From Minisyncoccia bacterium (GTDB lineage: Bacteria > Patescibacteriota > Minisyncoccia > Phycocordibacterales > GWA1-40-21), in NCBI GenBank assembly GCA_044346845.1, contig JBIIYK010000001.1, positions 1-58,041 on the forward strand: a stretch of 58,041 nucleotides of DNA, read 5' to 3'. Below are positions 8,701 to 17,481 of this stretch, piece by piece. The notes beneath the pieces were generated by a model. The model saw only the letters and a program-made list of their open reading frames with translations. It made no database searches and had not been told where the DNA came from. Position 1 is the first letter of the stretch, and every line of letters starts with the position of its first letter. Position numbers and translations under genes: made by a program.

Positions 8701-11493
8701 CTTTGTCATAAATATTTGAAATATAAAGGGGTGGCCCATGATTTAGTTCTTTTAAACGAATATCCTTCCAGTTACATAAAATCTTTTGAAGATGAGGTGG
8801 ATTTTCTAATTCGTTATAACCAATCAGCCGTCGGTAAAGTGGTGCGTGGTGGAATATTTCATATTAAAACCTCCCATATATCTCCATCTGATAGGGATAA
8901 GCTTATTTCTTTAGCAAAAATATTGCTTGATAGTAAACTAGGTACTATTGAACAACAGATTTTGTCAATTTTGCAATCAAGCACAAGGATGCCGCTTGCT
9001 CGGCTTAAACCAATCAAAAAAGTTATTTCATCTGGTAAGGATATTTTTCCCGATCTCAGTAAATTAAAATTCTTTAATGGGTTAGGAGGTTTTAATGAAG
9101 AAACTAACGAATATGTTTTGAATGTGAATTATAAAACATCCCTTTATACTCCTAGTCCATGGGTAAATATTATTGCAAACAAAAATATTGGTTTTGTAAT
9201 TACAGAAAGTGGCTCAATGTACACCTGGCTTTTTGATAGTTATGACAATCGTCTTACTAAAAGATTGGATGACCCTCTTCTTGATAGAAGTAGCGAGGTG
9301 TTTTATTTGAGAGATGAAGAGACTGGAGAATTCTGGAATCCTACCCCTTTGCCTATAAAAAGTTTGCATACATATACTGTTAAGCATGGTGTTGGATATA
9401 CAGAAATAGGACACCGAAGCCGAGGTATTAATCAAGTCATGCTGACTTATGTTCCCAAGACTGACGGTGTAAAAATAGTTAAATTTAAATTTACCAATAC
9501 AAGTAAGGTTTCTAAAAAACTATCACTCACAGGATTTTTTGAAATGTCTTTGGGCGGAGCTAATAGAGAATATGTAAGGGATTATTTAAAGACAGAGATA
9601 GATGAAAAAACTGGCGCAGTAATTGTTAGGAATATTTTTGGTGAATCATTCAAGAACACTCTCGCTTTTGTGGATTTAAACAATGGTAATAGTTTGGTTA
9701 CTAATGATCGTGATGAATTTCTTGGTAAAAATGGTGGAATAGATAATCCTGCCTGTTTACATCGTGATAAACTATCAAATCTTATTTATGAGGATGTAGA
9801 CCATTGTGTAGCTCTTCAGACGTTTTTTGATCTTGCACCTAGCGCGGAGGTAGAGATTACGGCGTTAATTGGCGGTGGTCATTCTGTTGCTGAGATTGAG
9901 GATCTTCTAGTGAAATATAGAAATATTTCCCAAACCGAGACTTCCTTAAAAGAAGTTAAGGGTGATTGGTTAGATGTTTTGAACAAAATTCAGATAAAGA
10001 CCCCTGATGAATCCTTGAATATTTTGTTTAATCAGAGATTGCTATATCAACTTATTTCCTCACGCCTCTTGGCTAGGACGGGTTATTATCAACCATCAGG
10101 TGCTTATGGTTTTCGTGATCAGCTACAGGACTCTCTGGCTTTAATTTGGAGCAAACCAGAGATGACAAGAGAAATCATTCTCAAAGCTAGTCGGCATCAA
10201 TTCCTAGAAGGTGATGGGCAAAATTGGTGGCACGAACATAATAATTTTGGTGTCCGTAACGCCTTTTCTGATCATCAATTGTGGTTAGCTTATGTAACCA
10301 GTTATTACTTAGAGATTACTGGTGATGTAAAAATTCTTGACGAAAAGGAATCTTATTTAAAGGCTCCTCTTCTAGATTTTATAAATAATCCACACTGGGC
10401 CGGCGTGCCTGAAGTTGATACTGAGAAATACGATCTTTATGATCATTGTCTGCGAGCGTTAGAGAAAACTTTTGTTTTTGGTAAAAATGGTTTACCCCTT
10501 ATTGGTAATGGTGATTGGAATGATGGTCTTAATAGAGTGGGGGAAAAAGGACTAGGCGAGAGCGTCTGGCTTGGCTGGTTTCTCTATACCGTGATTAATA
10601 AATTTATTCCCTATATTAAACATCGGGGTGATCATGAATTAGTGAAAAGATATGAAACTACCGCTCGGAACTTACAGGCGGCCCTAGAGAAAAAAGCTTG
10701 GGATGGTAAGTGGTATAAACGAGCTTTCTTTGATAATGGCGTTGCCCTAGGGTCACATTCTAATAGAGAGTTTAAAATTGATTCTATTTCCCAAAGTTGG
10801 TCAGTTATTTCACATGGCGCAAAAATAGATAGAAGTAAACAGGCTATGGCCTCAGTTAATAAATATTTGTTACAGGATAATAATTTGTTACTTCTTCTTT
10901 CTCCAGCGGTAAAAGACACCGAGATGGATCCTGGTTATATTAAGGACTATCCAGCTGGTGTGCGTGAAAACGGTGCTCAATACAATCATGCTGCTCTCTG
11001 GTCAGCCCAGGCTTTTGCTGAATTAAACGATCCTACTTCCATGATGAAGATTATAGACAGTGTTAATCCAATCAAAAGATCAGACGATAAAATTAAAGCT
11101 TCTTTATATAAAGTTGAGCCATATGTGGTAGCTTCTGATATCTATGCCAAGCCAGCGGAGGCGGGGAGAGGCGGTTGGACCTGGTATACTGGCTCAGCTG
11201 GGGTAATGTATAAAACTATTTTAGAGAATATTCTAGGTTTGAAAATTAAGGCAGATAAAATGGAAATTAATCCATGTATTCCAAAAACCTGGACGGATTT
11301 TTCTCTTATTTATAGTCATAAAAAAACTAAATACAATATCCAGGTTCTTAATAGTTCTAACTCTTTTGCTAATTTTCCTTCAAAGAAAAATGAGGTTACT
11401 AAGAAAATAAAAGTAGATGGAATTGTTTTGTCTCACCACATTATCCATTTATTGGATGATGGTGGGGAACACAAGATTGAAGTTGAATTATAG
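2728..11493 (+). CDS. ndvB: cyclic beta-1,2-glucan synthase-like giant protein (GT84 transferase + central domain + C-terminal GH94 phosphorylase)
   Basis: 2921 aa. TM cluster near aa 395-470. GT84-type motifs LTIDEDTRLPKDS, LSHDLLEG and RWIRGDWQ. C-terminal GH94-type motifs FRDQLQD and GNGDWNDGLN. Length and domain order match Cgs/NdvB/ChvB. Confidence 0.85.
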   Translation: MNALKDENGLSIKIKKKAQDLGEKVLIVSKPEKAKNFLSLIKRDAVQTKKTYNKLIGQVKIYKHLTHEVESIFDNYYIVDSAISDILNTDVGKGFKNLVQFEKKPDIFIPRMHFILSELLKVTEYKIDRESLYLFLRIYQTKAHISIRELSFVPFFLRIILTENIERTMYKTVASLNDFKEAEYWFGQIVKRGDDKGKDYSKITSDLTLKYGVVPINLGFYLLQRLSQYGPDTRPIVKWLKLNLLKQGIDISDLAEIENKRQNDISNQIFNTINSLRWINQVRWDDFVVDVNIVDSFLIKDPTGIYASLDQASQSAYRNEVVKISDQAGIYESEVVKVALRLCQQSLADNKLTDNPENHVGFYLVGGGRAELEKKIGYQKPFLEKLQSFVIKNSSMVYVSTIFSINFILTFIFFTSFTLLINQTTAFFVLIFLAFIINCDVAINLVNIFISSLIPVRALFRLDLSSGVSLKQATFVVIPSMFRGGNDASALLRRLEVNFLGNNAENVYFALLMDFKDSKTEKTVFDQNLIDQICLGIEELNNKYPGTVKKFYLFFRKRVWNPQENVFMGWERKRGKLREFNLFLRNKRETSYVGSLPVDLPHIKYVLTIDEDTRLPKDSAIKLIGCIDHPLNRPVIDLSSGRVKSGYGIIQPRMTTKFSQAGATLFSRLFSSAAGIDSYSGPVADVYQDLFNNSIFYGKGIYDVDVMEVVIGDRIPENQVLSHDLLEGLYTRVGFATDISLFEGFPESYREYILRMNRWIRGDWQIIGWLSNNISRGKGFSLSDKWKIFDNLRRSILPIFIVCFVLFSYLVFPDLSFSPIFYALLIVGSPFIISYLFKLLEWPKEMSLFMKINSIFSNLGSVIWQTLFRFIFILDQAVTSFGAVSVSMFRMVFSRKHMLLWQNSHEVSKSLRGSLDEFIYIMWSTQIISLIGLFVVFNPEGFFLHLTLILWFFSPLFAYGISQKEKAYQHKVHDLKLLRKIACRSSRFFLELSSREGNRLIPDHYQEEPLINSPAATSPTNIGMHLLSNFTAYDLGYISFSNLLERTSELCENLDSLERFNGHFYNWYDIRTLQPLAPKYVSSVDSANLLLAIITLKRGILDILDKPLINKSSLEGFVDVLAVLAEDADLISKDYSISKSERRLARHIYNETDFVLNKFLSFPAVPSIDYFTKTLNIFSDFNEKIKKIISNLNLSLDKGLSNNIFSSVEHFNTLLKQQVEELSINMSYYQKRRTQPAVRNEKKNQLLIEALKDISLKLDLVPSLEYLCGSLKKEVENLNLVSLIHSSALDNNEKENMEHWYHQVINALSLAEKQAAKSKAKYSRVILSLDTFFDETDFAFLYNKERGLFHIGYNVTYGKIDNSYYDFLASEANSISFVSIIKKQVPVKHWFYLGRKLVRLDMKNVLLSSWGGSLFEYLTSLIFYKVHKESLLGHTAKLAIESHVKYGQKHKVPWGMGESAYSALDLNNNYQYQIFGHPSLGFKRDLKDYLVVAPYTTIMSLAFKPRAAISNLRRMIKSKFIGRYGFYDAIDYTSTLYNSTTPKDNQPAKIYYAHHQGFSLQALSNQINNDRIHSLFISDPRVESLDTLFEEKIPSSIPARPIENIERLKSEYLVNGDSDVEVKQFIPLHTSYPRQAFISNGSYRVNISNSGAGGSKVADLSLTRFREDTVAETLGQFIYLQDTVSGDIWSPTTLPCNVSSGKNKIEYFENKARFTKIHNDLESSLTVAVAPDSDVELRSLTVTNHSKDKKSFKVTSYGEVSLSRGDEDLHHPAFEKLFIKSEFWPKYNALVYTRPNKTKRGTNLYFVHKVSISPAAEVEPVHTTLRSEFVSRGGFMRLPDVLLSDNKYLKSGVGHNLDPIFCFQNKIELKSNETVTINYVNIFGDSKDDLIRNLRKYSGQKNINQAIKKSDKLGIEIIDSMGISRDQALNYQALASRLLAPHYSLQTKKFEADTAEAAVQTLWRLGVSGDLPILVVRFYDMKDLAVVKNILLCHKYLKYKGVAHDLVLLNEYPSSYIKSFEDEVDFLIRYNQSAVGKVVRGGIFHIKTSHISPSDRDKLISLAKILLDSKLGTIEQQILSILQSSTRMPLARLKPIKKVISSGKDIFPDLSKLKFFNGLGGFNEETNEYVLNVNYKTSLYTPSPWVNIIANKNIGFVITESGSMYTWLFDSYDNRLTKRLDDPLLDRSSEVFYLRDEETGEFWNPTPLPIKSLHTYTVKHGVGYTEIGHRSRGINQVMLTYVPKTDGVKIVKFKFTNTSKVSKKLSLTGFFEMSLGGANREYVRDYLKTEIDEKTGAVIVRNIFGESFKNTLAFVDLNNGNSLVTNDRDEFLGKNGGIDNPACLHRDKLSNLIYEDVDHCVALQTFFDLAPSAEVEITALIGGGHSVAEIEDLLVKYRNISQTETSLKEVKGDWLDVLNKIQIKTPDESLNILFNQRLLYQLISSRLLARTGYYQPSGAYGFRDQLQDSLALIWSKPEMTREIILKASRHQFLEGDGQNWWHEHNNFGVRNAFSDHQLWLAYVTSYYLEITGDVKILDEKESYLKAPLLDFINNPHWAGVPEVDTEKYDLYDHCLRALEKTFVFGKNGLPLIGNGDWNDGLNRVGEKGLGESVWLGWFLYTVINKFIPYIKHRGDHELVKRYETTARNLQAALEKKAWDGKWYKRAFFDNGVALGSHSNREFKIDSISQSWSVISHGAKIDRSKQAMASVNKYLLQDNNLLLLLSPAVKDTEMDPGYIKDYPAGVRENGAQYNHAALWSAQAFAELNDPTSMMKIIDSVNPIKRSDDKIKASLYKVEPYVVASDIYAKPAEAGRGGWTWYTGSAGVMYKTILENILGLKIKADKMEINPCIPKTWTDFSLIYSHKKTKYNIQVLNSSNSFANFPSKKNEVTKKIKVDGIVLSHHIIHLLDDGGEHKIEVEL

Positions 11494-12090
11494 AACTAAG
11501 TCAGGCTTGTAAAGTATTTTTGCTTCGGGCACTACCTTATATTTAGGATTTCTGACCAGAGTAGGGACGCCGTCTTTTTCTATAACAAAATAGGCAAAGC
11601 CGTTCATTTTCTGAACTGCAGTATAATCTGCATGGCCAGGCATACCCACAGGGTCAACATCATCTGGATAAACAGGACTATCATCAGATGTGACAAGCCA
11701 GATTTTACCAGTATTAACTATTAAATGTCCTATTTCTGGTTCAATAAAGATTTTATCACCAGCATTAACCTTTAAAGCTTGGAAACTTTCTATTTCATCA
11801 TCAATAGGGTTATTACTGTCATCAATTTTTCTTTTCTGTAATAATAAAATTCCAGTACCTTGGATAATAGAATAAGTTTCTGAAATATCACCTACATGAT
11901 AATGGCCGTAAGTTTTAATGTATTCTTCTCCTATTTTTCCGCACTCCCAGACAGTGATATTGGTTTTATCTTTACCCCCACGAATCATGTAATAATGAAT
12001 TTCAGGAACGCCAGTTCCTGAGGCATCTGATGGGTTCATCAAAACCTCTTTCATTTTTTCGTTACTTCTCTCGGCAAATGGTTTAAACAT
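11488..12090 (-). CDS. cupin-type (archaeal-type) glucose-6-phosphate isomerase
   Basis: 200 aa. It carries the two cPGI signature motifs TYGHYHVGDISE (TxGHxH...E) and PEIGHLIVN (Px3Hx3N). Its stop overlaps the giant gene's stop by 6 nt, in convergent orientation. Confidence 0.75.
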   Translation of the reverse strand: MFKPFAERSNEKMKEVLMNPSDASGTGVPEIHYYMIRGGKDKTNITVWECGKIGEEYIKTYGHYHVGDISETYSIIQGTGILLLQKRKIDDSNNPIDDEIESFQALKVNAGDKIFIEPEIGHLIVNTGKIWLVTSDDSPVYPDDVDPVGMPGHADYTAVQKMNGFAYFVIEKDGVPTLVRNPKYKVVPEAKILYKPDLVL

Positions 12091-12138
12091 AGTTATATTA
12101 TACGTGTTTTTTAACCAAGAACAAGTTATAATGGGCGA

Positions 12139-15100
12139 GTGGACTTTACAGAAAGATATAAAAAGTTAAATAAGAATCAGAAAAAGGCGGTGGATGCTAT
12201 AGAGGGTCCAGTGCTTGTTGTGGCTGGTCCAGGTTCTGGAAAGACCGAGATTTTGAGCTTGCGGGTAGGTAAGATACTGCAAGAAAGCCAAATTTTAGCT
12301 TCTAATGTTTTGTGTCTAACGTTTACTGAGTCTGCCTCGGTGAATATGAGAAACAGACTTTCTGCTCTTATTGGCACCGAGGCCTACAGAGTTGCGATTC
12401 ACACTTTTCATAATTTTTGTGTAGATATAATTCAGAAATATCCAGAATTTTTTTATAGTGGGGCTTTTTTCTCACCCGCAGATGCGCTTACTCAGACACA
12501 GATAATGCAAGAAATTTTTGAAAGTTTGCCGCACAATCATATTCTTAAATCAGAACATCCAGATCAAGGCTTTGTCTATTTGAAGAGTGTTTTATCTACC
12601 ATTAGTTACCTAAAAAAAGCTGGTATTTTTCCAGATGAGTTTAGAAATATCATTTTACATAATCAAAAGTCTTCAAAAGAGATTGACCTTGTCTTGCAGG
12701 AAACTTTTTCTGACAGGGTGGGTAAGGGTAGTATTGAAAAAGCGTTTGGGGTGGTAGAAAAAATATTAAGGCTAGCTGGAAAGTCAAAAGTAGATTTTCC
12801 ATCACCTTATTTTAAAAGTTTGTCAGAAACCATTGCGGTCTCACTTAAAAAAGCTTGTGATGAAGCTTTGGCAGAAGATAGAGCTACCCCTTTATCAAAA
12901 TGGAAGCAGGACTGGATGAAGAAAAGTGATAATGGTGAAAGTATTTTGAAAGATAGTGTATATATAGACAAAATGTTTGCCGTTGCGGATTTATATGAAA
13001 AATACAAAGCAGAAATGCATAAGAGAGGTTTTTATGATTTTGATGACATGATTCTTGATGTTATTTCTGTATTGGAAAAATTTCCATCTGTTAGATATGA
13101 GATACAAGAGCAGTATCAATATGTTCTGGTGGATGAATTTCAGGACACCAACGAGGCTCAGATGCGGTTGTTAAAGCTTATAACTGATGCGCCGGTAAAT
13201 GAAGGTAAACCAAATATAATGGCCGTAGGAGATGATGATCAGGCGGTCTATAAGTTTCAAGGAGCCGAACTTTCAAATATTTTAAATTTCAAAAAGTTTT
13301 TCAAAGATGTGGAGGTTGTGACGATGACAGAAAATTACCGTTCTACGCAAGATATTTTGGACGTTGCCTCTCATATTATGAGAAAGGGTGAAGAAAGGCT
13401 CGAAAAGATATTACCGGAAATTAAAAAAGATTTGATAGCTTCCAATAAAGAGATTGGAAGTGGGGAAATAACCCACAGAGAATTTCCCACGCTGGCCCAC
13501 GAATATCATTTTGTCTCAAGGGAAATAAAAAAGAAAATTGATTCTGGTGAAAAGCCCGAAGAGATAGCAGTTATAGCCAGAAAACATTATCAACTGGAAA
13601 GTTTGGTCCCTTACTTGCAAGGTGTTTCTGTTCCAATCAGATATGAAAGAGAGCAGAATGTTTTTAAGGAACCGTATATTGCGCAGCTGATTATTATTGC
13701 CAGATTCGTTGCGTCACTTGCTGATAAGAGAAATGATGAAGCAGACGAATTTTTACCTAAGATTTTGAGTTTTCCATTTTGGAAAGTTGAAAGAGAAGAG
13801 ATATGGAAAGTCTCTTTGGCTTCTAGGAGAGACACAAATGAAGGAGCCGGTAAAAATTGGCTTGAAGTAATGCTTCAGTCTCCAGTAAAACAAGTAACTG
13901 AAATTGCCAATTTTTTGGTTGACCTTGGGTCACGTGCTCAGTATGAGCCACTTGAGAAAATCCTTGATGAAATTGTTGGAGCACATTTACCCGTGTCTTC
14001 AGAGTCAGAAGATTCTGAAGTGGATGATGAGGATGGAATTTCTTTAAAGAATAAAAAGACTAAAGATTTTATCTCACCATTTAAGGAATTTTATTTTAGC
14101 AAAGAAAAATTTAAGCACGCTCGAGCGGAATATCTGACTTTCCTTTCAAGCTTGCGTGTATTTATAAATGCTCTTAGGGAATATAAAGAAGGTGAAATTT
14201 TGTCTATGAGAGATCTGGTTAATTTTGTAGATCTGCATGAGAAAAATGATATCCCCCTAAATGATCAAAGTCCATTTGCCAAACTTGAGGGGGCGGTAAA
14301 TTTGTTGACCGCGCATAAAGCTAAAGGCCTTGAATTTAAGATTGTTTTTGTACTGTCTTGTCAGGATGATATTTGGGCCGGGAGAGGTGGGGGATCAAAA
14401 CTGGTTTTGCCTTCAAACCTACCTATAGAACCAGCTGGGGATACGGAAGATGACCAATTAAGACTGTTTTACGTGGCTATAACACGCGCTAAGAGGTTTT
14501 TATACCTAACATCATATATGACAGAGGAAGGTGGAAAAGAGGCTCAGAAACTCAGATTTTTGGTGGCTAAAGATGGTGAGGAAGAGGTGTTGAAAAGAGA
14601 AGCTTTGAAGAGGCTTTATTTTGGAAATGTAAAAATGGATGACGAAACTTTGCCGGAAGCCAGTGAGGTTTTAACTGCTTCATGGCTCAGATATCATACA
14701 CCACCTTTTATGGGCTCTGAAGACAAACTTCTAAAATCCCTTTTGTCAGAATATAAACTCTCGGTTACACATTTAAATAATTTTCTTAATGTCACAAAGG
14801 GGGGACCACAATATTTTCTTGAACAAAACTTACTCAGGTTTCCACAGTCAAAAAGTTCTTCTGGGGCCTATGGTTCAGCCATCCATTATACAATGGAAAA
14901 AGTTTCTTTATATCTGAAAAAAGAAAATAAAGTTCCAGAAGATAAAGAAATCTTAGACTGGTTTGTACAGTTTTTGAAAAAAGAAAGAATTTCTCCAGAT
15001 GATTATAAGAATTTTAGAGAAAAAGGTATAGTAGATTTATCAGTTTTTTTAAAAGAAAAAAAAGGTGGTCTTAACATAAAGGATATTGTTGAATTTAATT

Positions 15101-15552
15101 TTAAAGATCAGAGTGTGCTTGTGGGTGGAGCTATTTTGAATGGGAAAATAGATAGAATCGTAGATATTGGAAGTAATGAATTTGAGGTTAGGGACTATAA
15201 AACCGGTAAGCCAAAGGGTGATTGGCAGGGTAAAACTGATTATGAAAAAACCAAGCTTTATCAGTATGAAAGACAGCTTTTATTTTATAAACTACTGGTG
15301 GAAAATTCACGAGAGTTTATGGGGAAAAAGAAAGTAGTCAGAGGTGTTCTTGATTATATTGAACCCCAAAATGATGAAATTATTGATTTACCCATGACGA
15401 TGTCTAAAGAAAAAGTGGATAGATTAAAAAATCTGATTAGTATCGTCTACAAGAAAATAATTAATCTTGATTTTCCAGATACTTCAAAATATTCTCAGGA
15501 CCTAAAAGGGATTGTGCAGTTTGAGGAGGATTTATTAGCTGGTAGAATATAA
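12139..15552 (+). CDS. UvrD/PcrA/AddA-like ATP-dependent helicase with C-terminal PD-(D/E)xK (RecB-type) nuclease
   Basis: 1137 aa. Walker A AGPGSGKT, helicase motif II VLVDEFQDT, motif VI-like VAITRAK, and a C-terminal nuclease motif GKIDRI...EVRDYKTGK. GTG start. Confidence 0.85.
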   Translation: MDFTERYKKLNKNQKKAVDAIEGPVLVVAGPGSGKTEILSLRVGKILQESQILASNVLCLTFTESASVNMRNRLSALIGTEAYRVAIHTFHNFCVDIIQKYPEFFYSGAFFSPADALTQTQIMQEIFESLPHNHILKSEHPDQGFVYLKSVLSTISYLKKAGIFPDEFRNIILHNQKSSKEIDLVLQETFSDRVGKGSIEKAFGVVEKILRLAGKSKVDFPSPYFKSLSETIAVSLKKACDEALAEDRATPLSKWKQDWMKKSDNGESILKDSVYIDKMFAVADLYEKYKAEMHKRGFYDFDDMILDVISVLEKFPSVRYEIQEQYQYVLVDEFQDTNEAQMRLLKLITDAPVNEGKPNIMAVGDDDQAVYKFQGAELSNILNFKKFFKDVEVVTMTENYRSTQDILDVASHIMRKGEERLEKILPEIKKDLIASNKEIGSGEITHREFPTLAHEYHFVSREIKKKIDSGEKPEEIAVIARKHYQLESLVPYLQGVSVPIRYEREQNVFKEPYIAQLIIIARFVASLADKRNDEADEFLPKILSFPFWKVEREEIWKVSLASRRDTNEGAGKNWLEVMLQSPVKQVTEIANFLVDLGSRAQYEPLEKILDEIVGAHLPVSSESEDSEVDDEDGISLKNKKTKDFISPFKEFYFSKEKFKHARAEYLTFLSSLRVFINALREYKEGEILSMRDLVNFVDLHEKNDIPLNDQSPFAKLEGAVNLLTAHKAKGLEFKIVFVLSCQDDIWAGRGGGSKLVLPSNLPIEPAGDTEDDQLRLFYVAITRAKRFLYLTSYMTEEGGKEAQKLRFLVAKDGEEEVLKREALKRLYFGNVKMDDETLPEASEVLTASWLRYHTPPFMGSEDKLLKSLLSEYKLSVTHLNNFLNVTKGGPQYFLEQNLLRFPQSKSSSGAYGSAIHYTMEKVSLYLKKENKVPEDKEILDWFVQFLKKERISPDDYKNFREKGIVDLSVFLKEKKGGLNIKDIVEFNFKDQSVLVGGAILNGKIDRIVDIGSNEFEVRDYKTGKPKGDWQGKTDYEKTKLYQYERQLLFYKLLVENSREFMGKKKVVRGVLDYIEPQNDEIIDLPMTMSKEKVDRLKNLISIVYKKIINLDFPDTSKYSQDLKGIVQFEEDLLAGRI

Positions 15553-15560
15553 GTTATTTT

Positions 15561-16133
15561 TTACCCAAATAAGGTGTGGGTCATGGCGGACCTATTTTTA
15601 TCATCCCACTTTGAAGTGTCTAGTTTTATGTCTTTTATAACGCCGCCATCTTTTACTTTTAGTAAATTATTTTTTACAGCGTAGTCATAAACATCCTTAG
15701 TAATTCTAACATCTTCAATACAATATTCTATTACGTCATTGTATTTACCTTGCTTCCACCACTCCATAGCTTGTAAGCCGTGACTGGTTTTTTTACGTCC
15801 TAAAGTGGCTTCAGCTACGTAGTCTAACTTTACCCGTCTGCCAAAAGATTTTTTTATTTCATCTAATAAATCTAGGCTGCCTAATTTGGTCAAATCACCA
15901 GAGTAATATCTGTTTAAAATTGGAATATCAAAACTATCACTATTATAGCCAATCAGAAGATCAGCTTTTTCTAGGATCGGCCAAAGATCTTTTAACTGCT
16001 CCTGGGTGTAGCTAGAATATTTATCTGTTTCTGAATCATAAATACAAACTACATACATATTGGGAAAAACTTCTTTTCCGCCAATGTTAGTAATTATGCC
16101 ATCAGTTTCAATATCAAAAAATATTTTTCGCAT
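15561..16133 (-). CDS. DEDD-family 3'-5' exonuclease (RNase H-like fold)
   Basis: 190 aa. Exo motifs FFDIETDG, YNSDSFDIP and YCIEDV. Confidence 0.7.
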   Translation of the reverse strand: MRKIFFDIETDGIITNIGGKEVFPNMYVVCIYDSETDKYSSYTQEQLKDLWPILEKADLLIGYNSDSFDIPILNRYYSGDLTKLGSLDLLDEIKKSFGRRVKLDYVAEATLGRKKTSHGLQAMEWWKQGKYNDVIEYCIEDVRITKDVYDYAVKNNLLKVKDGGVIKDIKLDTSKWDDKNRSAMTHTLFG

Positions 16134-16164
16134 ATACGATTTTATTAGATTAACCTTGTTTTAT

Positions 16165-17460
16165 TTATAACAGATCAGTAATTTTATCTTCAGTCACTGT
16201 TTTTTCTTCACCAGTTTCTAGGTTTTTTAATTTAAATTGACCAGTCTTGATTTCATCTTCACCTATACAAATCACGTAGGGAATCTTTTGTTTACTAGCA
16301 GACTTTATTTGGTCACCAACTTTTTTATCAGTTAGGTTTACTGCTACATTTATGCCCCCAGCCCTTAAAGTTTGCGCTAGTTCGTTTGCAAATTCCTGGT
16401 ATTCTTTTTTAAGGGTACAGATATATAAGTTAGTTTTTGGCTTGTATTCTGGTATTAAATTAAGGGGCTCTAAAATATCTTTAATAACCACATCACCCAT
16501 CCCAAACCCGAAAGCGGGAACTTTTTCTCCACCAAAGATGGAGAGTAAATCATCATAACGTCCACCACCAAAGACTGATCTTCGACTTTCATTACCAAAC
16601 ACTTCAAAGACGATACCGGTATAATAGTCAAAACCACGCATCAGGGTTTGATCAAATATTACATTGGTAATTCCCAGTTTTTCCAGTTGAGCAATAACCT
16701 CTCTTATCTCATCTACTTTAGAAGACACTTCTAAAGTTTGTGGCAGGCGAGATATAAACTGTTCAAAATTTTGAGAGTTAATGAGAGTTAAAAATTCAGC
16801 CGTTTTTTCTGTTAATAATTCTTTAATAGAATCAGTAAAGACCTCTTCGGAAAGTTTGTTCTTCTTGTCTAGTAACTTGCATATCTTATATGAAGTTTCT
16901 TCATTTAAGGACATCAGATCGGTCATGATGTAATTCATGATTTTTCGGCTGTTTAGGCGAATCTGAAAATCAGTATCCTTCAAATTAAATTCTTTCATGA
17001 TGGCATAGGCCATGGAAAGTACTTCCACTTCGGCGGAAATGTCAGCAACACCAAATAGGTCTACATTTAATTGCCAATGTTCTCGCAAACGGCCTTTTTG
17101 AGGTTTTTCATATCTAAATAGATTTGGAATAGAATACCAGCGTAGAGGAAAAGATAACTCCTGTTTTCTAGCGGCTACCATACGGGCTAGAGTGGGGGTC
17201 ATCTCCGGTCTCAAGGTTACTTCTCGGTCACCACGGTCAGTGAAGGTGTATGTTTGTTCATTTATTATTTCTTCACCGCTTTTAGCCCGGTATAAATCAG
17301 CTGATTCTAAAATAGAAGCATCATATTCATTGTAGCCAAAGCTTTCCGCCACTTTACGCATTTTACTAAAGAGATACTTTTGAACAAACATATCTTCTGG
17401 ATAAAAGTCTCTAACTCCCTTATAGCTTTCAGTGCTTATTTTAATTGTTTTTTTCTCCAT
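16165..17460 (-). CDS. hisS: histidine--tRNA ligase
   Basis: Class II aaRS motif 2 FRYEKPQKGRLREHWQ and a C-terminal anticodon-binding domain. I chose the Met at 17460 (MEKKTIKIS...) because an extended -10 (TGATACAAT, minus strand, 17469-17477) sits 8 nt upstream. The track ORF extends to 17496. Confidence 0.9.
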   Translation of the reverse strand: MEKKTIKISTESYKGVRDFYPEDMFVQKYLFSKMRKVAESFGYNEYDASILESADLYRAKSGEEIINEQTYTFTDRGDREVTLRPEMTPTLARMVAARKQELSFPLRWYSIPNLFRYEKPQKGRLREHWQLNVDLFGVADISAEVEVLSMAYAIMKEFNLKDTDFQIRLNSRKIMNYIMTDLMSLNEETSYKICKLLDKKNKLSEEVFTDSIKELLTEKTAEFLTLINSQNFEQFISRLPQTLEVSSKVDEIREVIAQLEKLGITNVIFDQTLMRGFDYYTGIVFEVFGNESRRSVFGGGRYDDLLSIFGGEKVPAFGFGMGDVVIKDILEPLNLIPEYKPKTNLYICTLKKEYQEFANELAQTLRAGGINVAVNLTDKKVGDQIKSASKQKIPYVICIGEDEIKTGQFKLKNLETGEEKTVTEDKITDLL

Positions 17461-17481
17461 ATCAGAGTATTGTATCAAAAT

